Below, piece after piece: positions 44,932 to 58,423 of a stretch of DNA of 64,000 nt; position 1 is the stretch's first letter, and every line of letters begins with the position of its first letter. The stretch lies in NCBI RefSeq assembly GCF_009914755.1, contig NC_060928.1. One strand, given 5' to 3'. Position numbers and translations under genes: made by a program. Below the pieces are notes generated by a model. It made no database searches. It was not told the DNA's origin and saw nothing but the letters and a program-made list of their open reading frames with translations. Source of the stretch: the human T2T-CHM13v2.0 reference genome, Homo sapiens.

Positions 44932-45792
44932 TTGTAAGTGTATAGAGATTAAGCAAATGAAGAAGAAGTAAAAGAAAGGAAAACCCTGGAGTTTCATGTG
45001 CTTAACCTTCCTCAAATGTATCCCAGCATGCTTCCACGATATGTAAGACCATCTACTGTTCTGAGACCCCCTGATGATAGGCCCATATGTGCTTGATACC
45101 TTCTGCAAGCATAACAAGACTCCATTAGAGACATTGTGGAGGGCTCAACTCACCATGTCACTGCTTGTATTAATTTATTTCAAATTCAATGTGGGTCACT
45201 CTCTCTTGCTTTTATTCTCTCTCTTCTTTTGTGGGTTTAATGTGTGATTTAACTAAATTTTCTTAAATATGCTACATTCACCTTACCCAAATTTCAGCTC
45301 TTCCCTTCTGAGATTCAAGTTTTGTGGGTCACTTGGCGCTGCTTTATTGGATTATTTCCAAACTTACCGTCTTCTTTTTGTTTAGTACTGCAAATATTTT
45401 CATGTTTATTCATGAAAAGTATCATGTGAATTTATATTGGCTCTGGGAAAAAGTGGCCACTGTGCCAACAATGAATGTCACTTGGTACGGAGAGGGATTT
45501 AGAGGCATTATATATTGTCTCATTCTAGTGAAGTAATGTATCAAAGTCATAAATCTGACCTTCCAAATGCCTTTTTAAATTTTAGTTGCTACGTTTTTTG
45601 GTTTTTGTGTTTTTATATTATTAGCAAGAGAGCTTTGATTATTCTTATTCAATATTTAAAATATGGTTTAAAACATGTTTTTAAAGGTACTTTAAAAAAA
45701 TCTAGCTACTTGTTATTTAAAGTTTTACAGTCTTTGTTTTTTTTTATTATTTGAAATTTTCATATTGGAAATTCAGTTTCCTTGGATGATTT

Positions 45793-45895
45793 ATTTTTTT
45801 TCCAACTTTTATTTTAAGTTCAGGGGTACATTTGCAGGATGTGTAGGTTTGTTACATAGGTAAATGTGTGCTATGGGTTTACTGCACAGATCAGA
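45793..45895 (-). mobile_element. Severely 5'-truncated L1PA/PB 3' end (~100 bp)
   Basis: TTTTAAGTTCAGGGGTACATTTGCAGGATGTGTAGGTTTGTTACATAGGTAAA; TSD TGGATGATTT on both sides. Confidence 0.85.
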
Positions 45896-46046
45896 TGGAT
45901 GATTTTATTTTTGTAAGAATACAAAAACAATAAAAAATTCAAAGAAGAACATGGTATTTTCTATTTATACGGGTTTTTTCAGCTAAAAATAAAAATAGAT
46001 CAAAGTTGAAAGGTCTCCTGTTCCATTCTTGCCAGTTCTTAAACTT

Positions 46047-46359
46047 TATTCATTATTTATTTATTTATTTATTTATTTGAGATGGAGTCTCACTCTGTTG
46101 CCCAGGCTGGAGTACAGTGGCCGTGATCTTGGCTCTTGCTACCTCTGCCTCCTGGGTTCAAGTGATTCTCCTACCTCAGCCTCCCCAGTAGCTGGGACTC
46201 CAGGCGTGCACCACCATGCCCGGCTGATTTCTGTATTTTTAGTAGAGACAATGTCTCACCATGTTGGCCAGGCTGGTCTCGACTCCTGACCTCAGGTGAT
46301 CTGCCCGTCTCAGCCTCCCAAAGTGCTGGGATTCAAGGTGTGAGCCACTGCACCCGGCT
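46047..46359 (-). mobile_element. AluSx-like
   Basis: Perfect 14-bp TSD CAGTTCTTAAACTT; (TTTA)n tail. Confidence 0.95.
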
Positions 46360-48707
46360 CAGTTCTTAAACTTCAAGGCCTATTATACACAGAAAATTTC
46401 CTAATTTGTTATATTGATCTTATTATTACACTCTTCTGACCATTTCTACCACGTTGTATCAGCTTCTTAAATTTATCCCATTATTTTAGCTAATTTTATT
46501 TTAGTCTAATTTATGCATAATTTGATAATTTACTGCTTATTTGAATGTTACCTAATTGGCCTATGTAGTTAGTTGCCTAATTATTACCTGAGTATAAGTC
46601 ATTTCCTTAGCAAAATTATGAAATCTGTGGAAGCAAGTACTGTGTTTTCCTGTTTTATGTTTACCATTGATCCTTCAGTCATGTTAATCATTTTGCATAT
46701 AATAATAAGAATATCTGTTAGTTTCCAAACATCTGTGCCAGGCTTTTTATAAGCATCACAATAAGCCAAGGAGGTAGAGATCTTTATTATATTTTTATTT
46801 AAAAAGGGGACTGAAGCAAAGAAAGATTATATATAATTCACTCACTGTTACATAGGCAAGCATTGATAGAACTGGCTGGGATTGAATTTGTGACTAATTA
46901 TGTGCCTCGAAAGCCTGGTCTCACAACCTTGCCAATAACTGTGCCCCTCAACCCCTGAGAAAAAACATCCAATACAACATTTATTGAATAAATTGTTTTT
47001 ACCTAGAAAAATTTGTATTCTGCCAGTAGTAGTTAGTATTTACTTTATTAATGATTACAATCAAATCCTGGTGTATCTAAGAGGGCTAGTACTTTGGCAT
47101 GGAGGATTACACAGCATGATAGAATAAAATTTAAGTAGAAAAAATGCATCCAACTTCTGGAAGTGGCTTGTGGGTCTCATTGACTTTTACCATGATATAG
47201 CCATGCTATGTCTTAGAAAAGTATTCAAGGAAGCATATATTATTATTATAGTCATGCTGATTTTGTTAACATAGAAAACATACTTATTATTTGTAAAACT
47301 GGAATTATTTAACAGAAGTTACTTTTATAGACATTTAAAAATGAAATGAGTTCTTCATCTTATCCAGATAGTTAAACCACGGCTTTAAACGCAGTTCTGA
47401 AGTCTGTGGTTGGATGGTAAGTTTGTCCCAGGCTTTGGAGTCAAAGCCTTTCTCCTTTGTGAAATCCTGTGTGTCTATATTTGTAAAAGAAATATTATTG
47501 ACTCTATTGTTCAGAAACAATAGGGGACATTTACATAAAGAAAAGCTAATGGGGATCAGTCTTGGGGAATGGCCATTGATCCAATCTAGAACTTTAAAAT
47601 ATCCTTAAATTTATGCAGGGGGAGGTGTTGGCCTTTTGAGACTTCACTTTGGAATGTCCCTTATTCTCTAAGAGATTCTTACTTGCAAGATTCCATGTGC
47701 CTGCCAACCAGAGCCATTGTCTTTTACCTGAATAATGGATCCACAGGTCCTTATGCCCAAGTGGCAAACCAACAGAACTGTAGCAGTTTATTGAGTATTT
47801 GAATTTTCAAGTTGGATTTTTAAATGAATTATACTAAGCAAGGGAATTGTATATTATTCTTAAGGTATAGATAAATGATGCTAAACTTGAGTACATGTTT
47901 ATTTAAACACATGTATTCAAAAACACATCTAAATGTCAGAATCTTGGTTGTTCTCTTGAATGAACTAAATTTCATTCAATAATGTAGCACTGTATATTCA
48001 CCTAGTGTGTTGCACTCTCTATGTAACTATTTGCTAATCCGACAACACTCTAATATACTTGTCAAGCAAAGTTCATACACTTCAAATAAATAATATTGAT
48101 TTTTTTTGTTTGTTTATTGTTTTTGTTTTGACATTGGCTGTACTTCAACTGGTATCTCACATGCTATGACATGACTCTACTAACTTAATTTAACATTCCA
48201 TCCAGCAGACATTATAGTTCTCAGCTGTATTAATAAATTTTCCACTTTGATCAAAATTTGATGGCACATTTATAAAGGATTTGTAGCACATTATAAATTA
48301 TGTAGTTGTGGGGGCTATGTCCATGAAAGTTACCAAGAGTTGGACATTGTGCCTAAGGGAGAACCAATCCCAAGATATCAAGATCTAATTGGAAATACCA
48401 TTTTGGAGCACAACTTCTTCTTATATCAGGGATTGCTGTTCTCATAAAAGACATATTGCAGCACCACTATCAACATTCACAGACAATGTGACCAAATTGT
48501 ATTTGCCTATTACTATTTTCACAGGAGAATGTATCTCACTGCACTAGTTATAAATGATGTTTAGTTTGCAATGTGGAAATCCTGCACATAAAAAGTAGGC
48601 AATGATAGCTAGTGTTACTTTCTGTCCTTTCCGTTACTGAAGTGAAGATCCAATTGGCAACAGAGGACCTTACAAACCTAACAATACTATCTTAAAACAT
48701 ATGCTTC

Positions 48708-48709
<2 letters not shown>

Positions 48710-48766
<57 letters not shown>

Positions 48767-48783
48767 ACACACACACACACACA
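48710..48783 (+). repeat. (AT)23 followed by (AC)n
   Basis: Counted directly. Confidence 0.96.
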
Positions 48784-48801
48784 ATAGCATGATTGTAGAA
48801 C

Positions 48802-49195
48802 TGTTAAAAGAAAAACTTCAGGCACATTACATCTAATTGAGCAAAGAATGATTTGCAAATTGGACAGCCCGTAGTACCAGAATAGGTTCAGAGTAGCTTT
48901 GGGGCTGCCACATGATTGGATAACATTTATGGACAGAAAAAAGAAAGTGCCATACAGAAAACAAAAGTGCACTACAAAAACAACTGGTTTGGTTACAGTT
49001 AAGTGTGTGACTTATTTGAACCTGCTTTGAATCGTTGGCTGTCTGTGGTTGGCGGAGACTTCACTACTTGTAATAAGACCAAGTTACAGTCTATTTACAC
49101 ATCAAATGAGATTGCAGTTCAATATATATGGAGAAAACTTTAGGTCAAGCTTAAAATATGTACAGGAGCAGCTTTGGGCCAAACTTAATTTAACA
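48802..49195 (-). mobile_element. ERV1 solo LTR, MER57-like
   Basis: TGTTAAA...TTTAACA inverted ends; TSD GAAC/GAAT; GCAGCTTTGGGCCAAACTTAATTTAACA. Confidence 0.85.
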
Positions 49196-49379
49196 GAATA
49201 GATGCCATTTTCAGTAAGTCAGTTAGAGTACCAATAGCTTTAAACACTATCAGGGAAAAACATGTTTGAGAGTTTTAGGAATCATTGCAACAAAAATTAT
49301 ATTTCACCTTTGCATTTCATTCCATACTCAGTTACATTCGCAAAGAACAGTATAGCATCTTGGTTAGAAAGGAAGTTTT

Positions 49380-49683
49380 GGTCCGGGTTTGGTGGCTCAT
49401 GACTATAATCCTAGCACTTTGGGAAGCTGCCACGAGAGGATCACTTGAGCCCCGGAATTCGAGACCAGTCTGGGCAACATATTGAGACCCTGTCTCTACA
49501 ATAAATAAAAAATTAGCCAGGCACAGTAGTGTATGCCTGTAGTTCCAGCTACTTGAGAGGCTGAGGCAGGAGGGTCACTTAAGCCTGGAAGGTTGAGGCT
49601 ACTGTGAGGCATGATTTTGCCACACTGCACTGCAGCCTAGGTGAGAGAACAAGACCATGTCCTAGGCCAAAAAAAGAAAAAAA
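49380..49683 (+). mobile_element. AluJ inserted in a MIR
   Basis: GAGGATCACTTGAGCCCCGGAATTCGAGACC; TSD AAAGGAAGTTT. Confidence 0.92.
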
Positions 49684-51487
49684 AAGGAAGTTTAGCAATC
49701 TACAAATGTGAATTGAAATCCTAAACTCATACATTTCAAGCCATGTATCCTTAGACCATTCAGTTCATTTAGCCTCAGATCCCTTATCCACAAGATGAAG
49801 ATATTATAAGATGAATAAATCAGAAGTTGTATGTAAAGTGCTCAGTACAATGCCAAGTATTTATACTATTTGAATTCCATTCACTTAATTGAATGGAATT
49901 TTAAAATTAAAGTGTGTAATTCACTACCATATATCCCAATCCCCTCAAGTTTTGACTTATGGTCCATGCAGTTACATCACTGATACCACTATGTGAACAT
50001 ACTTTGGTCACCTATTTAAATTCAAAAGATGGCTTCCATCTGAATGAAGCCAGTGCTGTCTTATATATTCATCACTGTGGTTTTAGTTCCTTTTGTCTCT
50101 TGATATGACTCTCTCTGTATACATTTATGTTCTGCATTTCTGCATTGAAATGTATTGTTTAAAATTTAAAATTGTCCCTGTTGACAAAAATGACTATTAC
50201 ATGCTTTCAAGACTGTATGTCAGTCAAACATGGGGGTATGAGTGGCACAATACCCAGATACCCGAAAAATGATGAGACCTGATATTGCAGCTGCAGCAAC
50301 GAATTCTGTGCATTAAAAAGTAATTGCATAAATATGTAATGATAAAACTTTATAATTATTTAATTATGTAAATATTAATGCATGTTACTATATCGCTAGC
50401 TTGACTCTGGAGCCCTTTTTAACAGTAATAAACATATCCTGCATTTTTATATTAATTATACCAGTAAGTAATGATATCTTATGCTCATTTCCTGCAATAA
50501 GAAGACATTTTGGAGCCGGTTATGCTTGTGTGACAAGCACTGAGTATACTCATTTTTTTCCTGTATGTTCTTTCTCCATCTAGAAATTAGTTCTTATTAA
50601 CTCATCATTAAGTTCATTAAGCTGATGAATCAGCAAGCATTTATTGTGTGCCTAGTGTTCACCAAAGCATACATTCTGTTGCCTTTAAATTGCGTATAAA
50701 CATTTCAAGTTCCTTTCTAATTTACTGTGTTAAATTAATCGCCCTTGATCTAATTCTAGGTCTATTATATTCTCTCAGAGTCTTAAAAGTTGTGAGGGCT
50801 CACTTTTGTATATGTAAATCAGTAAATGAAAGTATATGAGTTGAAATTCCAAGCATTCTCTGTCTCTTTTATACTTTTTATTCAAGGATTTTCTACTCCT
50901 TTACATTATACTGAACTAACGATGATTTTTCAAAGTTCCTTGCTAAGATGTACTTTAAAAGACCAAGAAATAAGAGCCCAAAAAATGAACAATGGTTTTT
51001 ATGTAGAAAGTATTTTATTTAATAATTTCTTACAATAGAGGTCTATCTAAACATATTTTCTCTCATCTAAACAGGAAAGGCTATTCAAGGGCTAACTTCG
51101 AATAAATGTTATATCACAAAATGAAGTAGGAGAAAAGAATTATTACTTTGGTTCAAGTCCCAATCATCAGGTGTATCTAAGCTGTTTGTGAACTCAGGAT
51201 TCATGGTCTAGGTGATTTATCTTTCTCTTTCTCCATTCCCAGGATTGACAAGAAAATAGACAGAATTAGCCACAAGTTCTATCTTATCCCCTCTTTTATG
51301 CCTGCAGGAGGAGTTCTATGGAATGCGTAAATGTTAGACCTCTAGCTACAATTCTTTTCTGCACTTTTCACTCTCAGCTGCATGTGAAAGAAAGTGACAA
51401 AAAGAAGCTAGTAATGTTGTAGCAGTAAACAAACAAAAAAAAAGTTCTTTTGTTGTTGGAGAATGAAGAAAAGCTGCCATGTAAAAT

Positions 51488-51490
<3 letters not shown>

Positions 51491-51524
<34 letters not shown>
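51491..51524 (+). repeat. (CA)17
   Basis: Counted directly; a second, interrupted (AC)n lies at 51651-51683. Confidence 0.96.
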
Positions 51525-51526
<2 letters not shown>

Positions 51527-51708
51527 TAAAAATACATTTTGCAGTAACAAAATTGAAGTGACAGCTAAATAAATATAAAACTTGATATTATGAGAAAGTC
51601 AGAGTTAAAGATTATGGTGAATGTATTGTATTGTTTATGTATACTTGAGTACACACACACACAAACACACACACACACACACATATTTAGCAGATGCCTC
51701 TGCACACA

Positions 51709-52206
51709 TGTTGTATCCCCTTGGCCCAATTCTGATTTCGGCCAAACTGAAATGAACTATTTGTGGGCACGCAGGCCTACCTCAGCTACCTAATTCCCAT
51801 CTCAAATGCCTTCTATTTGTCTTTACACATTCTTCCCTAAGACTTTCCTCCATGCCAGTGGCTTGCTTGGTAGGCACCCTAGCCATCTGCTTGTGTGCTG
51901 TGGATGTCATACTGGTAAAGATTGTCCTCAAGCACTGGGGAGGAGGAGCTCATGCAGATTTTTCCAGCTTCCTATTTCAGTTGTACGGTTCTGGGTGGCA
52001 GTCTGTATTTCTCAGGGATCTTGACAGAATTTGGTTCTTCTTGCCAATAGCAACAGCTGTAATAATAGCAACATATTTTTGGCTTTTCCTCTTTTTCTTC
52101 ATCTCCTTTCCTTCACACTTGTTTCCTGGATTCATCCTCCGGTAAACTACCTGAATCAAAGTTCTTGGCTTGGGCTCAACTTTTTAGGGGATCCCAAACT
52201 GGAATG
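51709..52206 (+). mobile_element. Old ERVL LTR, LTR16-like
   Basis: Locally higher GC; 3' end GGCTCAACTTTTTAGGGGATCCCAAACT resembles LTR16 termini. Confidence 0.45.
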
Positions 52207-54484
52207 CTATGTCACATAGTAATATTTGATCATTTTATGTTTGAGTAACTCAAAACATTTGTAGGCATCATCAATCAATAAGTATTTCAAGTATTTAATT
52301 ATTTAGTATTATGAAAATATTACATAACCATTCAGAGATCTGATTTGGTAGAATGTTAATTATCTTACCACCTTTTTTAACATTTAACATATTATCTACC
52401 TTCTTAAAGAGCAGCTGTAATATTGTTGGTCAAGTAAGACTTACATTTTTGAAACACTTGGCCAATATTATACAAAATCTGCTTCTTTCTTACATTCGAC
52501 TGGTTATTGAAGTTCTGGTTAACACTGTAATTGAAGATGTCTTACTCAAAGATCTAAGTGGCAAATATCTATAAAACTTTCTTCCTAAGATTTATCTTTT
52601 AAAAGCAGGCTGAAAACGTCATGGTGAAGGTGGGATTTCATTCATTTTAAGATGAATGTATAGGAGATTGTTAAAGGCAGTATTCAATGGTAAGTGGTGT
52701 GTGCAGGGGTGCAGATATAGGAGAATCATATTTAATTCCAAAACAGCTAATTAAGGAAGAATGGCTCTATAAGCAACTTGCTTTTTCTTGTGTAAAAGGA
52801 AAGTATTAATATATGTTCAAGAAAATAACATACATAAATGAAAGCAAGATGTTTATTCACTCACACATAGCTTTTCAGAAATAAGACTAAATGTGTCATA
52901 ATAAAAATTCTGGCATGTATCTAATCAGTGATATTTTGCACTTGTGGTAGTTAAAAAAAAGATGTCACATAGCTATTTTACAGCTATAGATGTGATCTGG
53001 TTTGATAAACATTTATTATTTTCTTTCCACTCTATTGCCATAACTAAGGACAAAGTTGTCACATAGAACTTGGAGAGATGGGCTTTTATTATCTCTGAGC
53101 ATCTATTCTAAGTGTTGCATGCTTGGCCAATTGGTCAGCATGGCTCTAGAGGCAGTAACATAAGCCATTTTCATAACCATCTCCTTTCATAACAGGAAAG
53201 GAATTGGAAAAGGGAGAGTTTGTTTGCCCTTAAAGTAAAAAAAAAAAAAAAAAAAAAAAATCCTTTCCTCGACAATACTGTCAGGAAAAGTACTATTTCT
53301 ACCATTTTCTTTATTCCTCAATTACCAGCTTAAAAATACAGGACTAAATTTGCCTGTATTTTATTTTTATTTGCTCAAATGGAAGCAAATTAGATTTGCT
53401 AATGACTTATTTTTTGGTGATAAATTTAAGAAAGGCATCAAGTTAGCATCATAAAATTCAACCAATTAACTTTAGCTGTACTTCCTTCTTCTGTTATTGA
53501 AAGACTGGTGTGTGGCTCTAGAAACAGTAGATAGAACCTTTTAAAAATCTTAATACATCCCTCATTGACCCTTTTCTAAATTTTCCTGAGTACATATCAG
53601 AAATATAGATCTGGTTCTATTCAACTGCCATTTATTAACATTAACAATGTAGCATTGCTGCCAGGGGTAGAAAAAAAGAAAATTAACCTCTCTCTTCTGC
53701 CTTCTTGAAGTTTGCAAGATAAATACGTACCGATTTTAAAGGAAAGTGAACATCAGTAAACTGGACAGATTTATTGAGTTAGCTTGTAGCGAAATGAGTT
53801 TGCTCCATTTTCACATAATTTTTCTGGTAGTAAATGTTTTAATCTATCGATGTCATGGAGAAATGCTACATTAGCTATAAAACAGAAAGAGGGCACTGTT
53901 CAGTGACAGGACCAATAATATGTATTGTGCAATAAACACTTTGCAAGAATTTAATGGCCCTGAATTCAAATAGATAATATATAGTTCACTAAACCGAGGG
54001 AGAAGATTCATAAAAGACTGCCAAATCCTCCAAATGCATAAACTTAGATGTACTATTAAGACATCAGTTTTACAATGGTAGATGAAACTATGCGTGTTTT
54101 GAAAAAGAACAAAAAGCCCATTGTCATAGCATTGCAGCACACCAGGATTTTATACTGTCTTTCCTTTTATTATGTAGGCTTTTGATGTTAACTTCCATCA
54201 CTAAGGAGTTCATATTTTCTGTGATAAATCTCTCTTCTTCTGTAAAATTAATAAGGCACAGAAGAGTCTAGAACTTGACCATGGTGTGATGAATTCATGC
54301 ATCTAGATGCATGAAAGGTGAACTGATGTTAAGGAGAGACTTGCGGGTTAAGATGTAATTGTTTGTGGTTAGTAAATATACATCTCATAAATCTCAGAAA
54401 CCTAAAACTTTACCTCCACGCTGTTTCCAAATGTGTATATCATTTTTTTTGAAGTAGATGCCAAATTCTGTAGGCCACATAGTT

Positions 54485-54486
<2 letters not shown>

Positions 54487-54530
<44 letters not shown>
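54487..54530 (+). repeat. (TG)22
   Basis: Counted directly. Confidence 0.97.
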
Positions 54531-54534
<4 letters not shown>

Positions 54535-54719
54535 ACAAACCATCCAAAATTCATGACTTGAGATTTCATTTAAAACATCATGCATTTGAATATATTTTTC
54601 AAATCCATTGACCTTTGAAATAGGGCATCGGAATTGTGCTACTTCATTTCCTGGGTGAGAAAAAAATAATTCAGTACCAACTGATCTGTAATCTTCTTGG
54701 GAAATTATATGCTATCCAA

Positions 54720-54930
54720 TGAGCATAAACCTTGGAGCCAGATTGTCTTATAAATTCCTAGCTCTATTTCTTACCTGATTTGTGACCTTGAGCAAGTAAT
54801 TTAATGTCTCTGCTCCTCACTTGTTTTATCTGTGAAATGGTGATAATATAGTTCCTATCAAAAAGTCGTTTTGATAAGTTAGTAGTAAGAGTTTACACAT
54901 AGTAAACATTCAATAGTTGTTGGCTATTGT
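54720..54930 (+). mobile_element. MIR
   Basis: TGTGACCTTGAGCAAGTAATTTAATGTCTCTG core. Confidence 0.75.
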
Positions 54931-55045
54931 TTCTATAAATTCTTCTTGTTTTAAAATTATGCACTTATTTAATTATGTTTAAAATGCCCTCAAATGTAAG
55001 CTATTTTGTTTGCAGTTTTCATTATTTAAAAATGTAGCATAATGG

Positions 55046-55372
55046 GGCTGGGCATTGTGGCTGACACCTGTAATCCCAGCACTTTGGGAGGCCGAGGCAC
55101 GCAGATCACCTGAGATCAGGAGTTCGAGATCAGCCTGGCCAACGTGGTGGAACCCCATCTCAATTAAAAGTGCAAAAATTAGCCAGGCATGGTGGTACAT
55201 GCCTGTAGTCCTAGCTACTCGGGTGGCTGAGGAGGGAGGATTGCTTGAACCTGGGAGGCGGAGGTTGCAGTAACCTGAGATCAGGCCACTGCACAGCAGC
55301 CTGTGTGACAGAGTTGTCTCAAAATAAATAAATAAAATAAAATAAAGTAAAATAAAATAAAATACAATACAA
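55046..55372 (+). mobile_element. Alu (Sz/Jb-like) with (TAAAA)n tail
   Basis: Perfect TSD TAAAAATGTAGCATAATGG. Confidence 0.95.
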
Positions 55373-56898
55373 TAAAAATGTAGCATAATGGAACAGACCA
55401 TGGTTATTTGTTTTTTGGGTTTTGGTGGGGTTTTTTGTAATTAGAATATTAACCAAAAATAACAAATAGATGTATTGATTAAACTTTATAATCAGAAAGT
55501 ATTCACTTCAGCATAGCATTGGTACAATCCACATAGCCATTTTATTTTTTTCTTTAAATTTGCCTTTCTTAATACAAATAAAGTTGTACCTGTTATTCAA
55601 GAGCACCTGAGATAGAAAACCCTTGGATTTATTTAATAAATTGAAAATACTTATTGAGTGGCTTGCTTTAAGTGAATATTTCACAGCAGTGAATGAAGCA
55701 GTCGTTAAACATATACAGGTTACTTTCTAGTAAGTTAGCAGAATTTGTCATTACATAGTTGTTCCTGAAAACATATAACTTCTATTTGAAATGTATTTGT
55801 TCTTTAAAGTTGAATTTTTTTACAAAAAAGATCACCTTATGTGGAAGATGTACTAAGATTTATATAGTACTTACAGTGAATATAAACATAAAATTAAAGA
55901 TTTAATAAGTTTCAACTCTAATCAGTTTAGTAGATATCAATCACTTTTTGTTGTCTACCAGGAAGCTGATTTAATTGGTGAGAAAGTTACACCTAGTAAT
56001 GTTATATTGTTGGTAGTTCCTTCCTTAATGATCTCACTAACAAATTTCTTTTTATGACCCTTCTACAGATGGCTTTTAAGGAAAAAAAAATAGCTGGGGC
56101 TAGTTAGTTTAAATAGATTATAAAGTATGTTGACAGTGGTCCAATAGAGCAAAGAATAATGTGGTCATTTGTTTCATTCTCTAAAACTGACTTTTCCTCT
56201 AATTTGACACATTTCACTAAAACAAACAAGACATGCATTTAGTGAATTGCTTCACAGATGTTGGCTGAGTATGATAAAGAATGAGAGGGAAAGCATACTT
56301 TATGCTGTGTTTCTATTTGTTTTAATTTAATTTTTCTATTCAATTTCTCACCTTTGGATTGTGTATCACATTATATACATTTGGATAGCTATCTGCTTAT
56401 TATTTCCTTTGTCAACTTTGACCTACCCAATTTATAACTACTTTTTAAGGAATATTTATTCTTTCTGTCACTATCTCTCAAAGGAGGAACATAAATTCGT
56501 AAGGAAAACAAATAGGGAATATGATGCCATCATTCTCGGAGGCATGCAATTCTTGTATTAAATATCCCAATACTACAGAACTAAATCCATCATAAAGAGT
56601 GGAAAATAAGTAGAAACCATTCACTATCCAATTAAGTATATTTGGTTAAGCCAATGGAATCATGCTACTGAATTGTCATGAACACACTGTGATGGTCACT
56701 GAAGAATGAAAGAAGAAACAGGAGGAACCACATGAGAAAAACTGCTTCTTCTACAAGTGTACTGTAAGATACATGATTAATAAAACATGATTTTTCTTTC
56801 AAGTAAGATAAACACTAGCAAACAGTTTTATGTGTACCACTTTCTTCTTGGCATATTTAATTCTTCTAACCCTGCATTTCTTTCACCTTTGTCATACC

Positions 56899-57195
56899 TT
56901 TTTTTTTTTTTTTTAAGACAGAGTCTCACCCGGTCACCCAGGCTAGAGTGCAGTGGCCATGCTTGGCTCACTGCAACCTCCGCCTCCCAGATTCAAGTGA
57001 TTCTCCTGCCTCAGCCTCCTGAGTAGCTGGAACTACAGGTGCCCACCACTACGCCTGGCTAATTTTTGTATTTTTTAGTGGAGACTGGTTTTCATTATGT
57101 TGGCCAGGCTGGTCTTGAACTCCTGACCTCAAGTGATCTGCCCACCTCAGCCCTGTAAAGTGCTAAGATTACAGGCCTGAGCCACCGCTCCCGCC
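56899..57195 (-). mobile_element. AluS
   Basis: Poly-T, full dimer. Confidence 0.94.
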
Positions 57196-57340
57196 CCCTG
57201 TCAGACATTACTGACTTAACTCAAATGCTGGCTCCTTGCTTTCCAAGTGACCAACATTGTGCCTTGTAAGTCTGGAATGTGATACTGCCTTAAATGATGT
57301 CCAAGAAAAGCAATGTAATCTGAAAAGAGATCTTAAATAG

Positions 57341-57680
<340 letters not shown>

Positions 57681-58423
57681 AGAGTGATACTTTTTTAAGA
57701 TAAGTTATTCCTAGTTACTGATATTAACTTTCAAATGTTTTGTTTGTTGAAATCACAATCATATTTTTATTAAGAGCAGGCCATAAAGTAATTTTCTATT
57801 TCTGCTAAATATAACTTAGCAGATAAAGCACTGATGGCATGTAGAGAGTAATAGGGGTAGCTGGGAATAGTATTTGCTCTTTAATCAATGGAGATATTCA
57901 ATAATAGTAGCTTGCACATGAAAGATAGTGGTTTAGCAGTTGTGCTCTGGTGAGAAGCCTGGCATTGTATCTTGAATGTGGCACTTACTATTTATTTAAC
58001 TTATCTGTAGCATAGTTTCTGCCTTTGTAATATTGAAATCGTGACACTATCTAATTGCTAATGGTAATGCATTAAGTGGATAATAAGGAAGGCAGTTAAT
58101 AAATATGAGTTGTTCTCATAATTATCATAATCCTTATGTTCTGTTTTCCCAGGGAGCATAGCACAGAGGTTTAGTGCAGGCTTCGAAGTTCAAACACCAG
58201 CTCTACCGATTACTAGTTATATGAGTCTTCTACTGTCTCCTCATCTGCATAATGGTGACAATCATCTCAGCAGGGTTGATGTGAGGATTAAATAAGATAA
58301 TAGAGGAAGTACCCAGCAAATATACTGTTATAGTGTAAATGCTAAATAAGTAGGACTAAGAATAACTTAAATGTGAATATCAATAAGGAGGAATTCCACA
58401 GATTACAAATCTTTCTTAGCAAC

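Noticed and set aside
53237-53260. Orphan A24 tract (also A-rich 3827-3848) as a processed pseudogene tail
   Set aside because: No recognisable upstream transcript, poly(A) signal or TSD.
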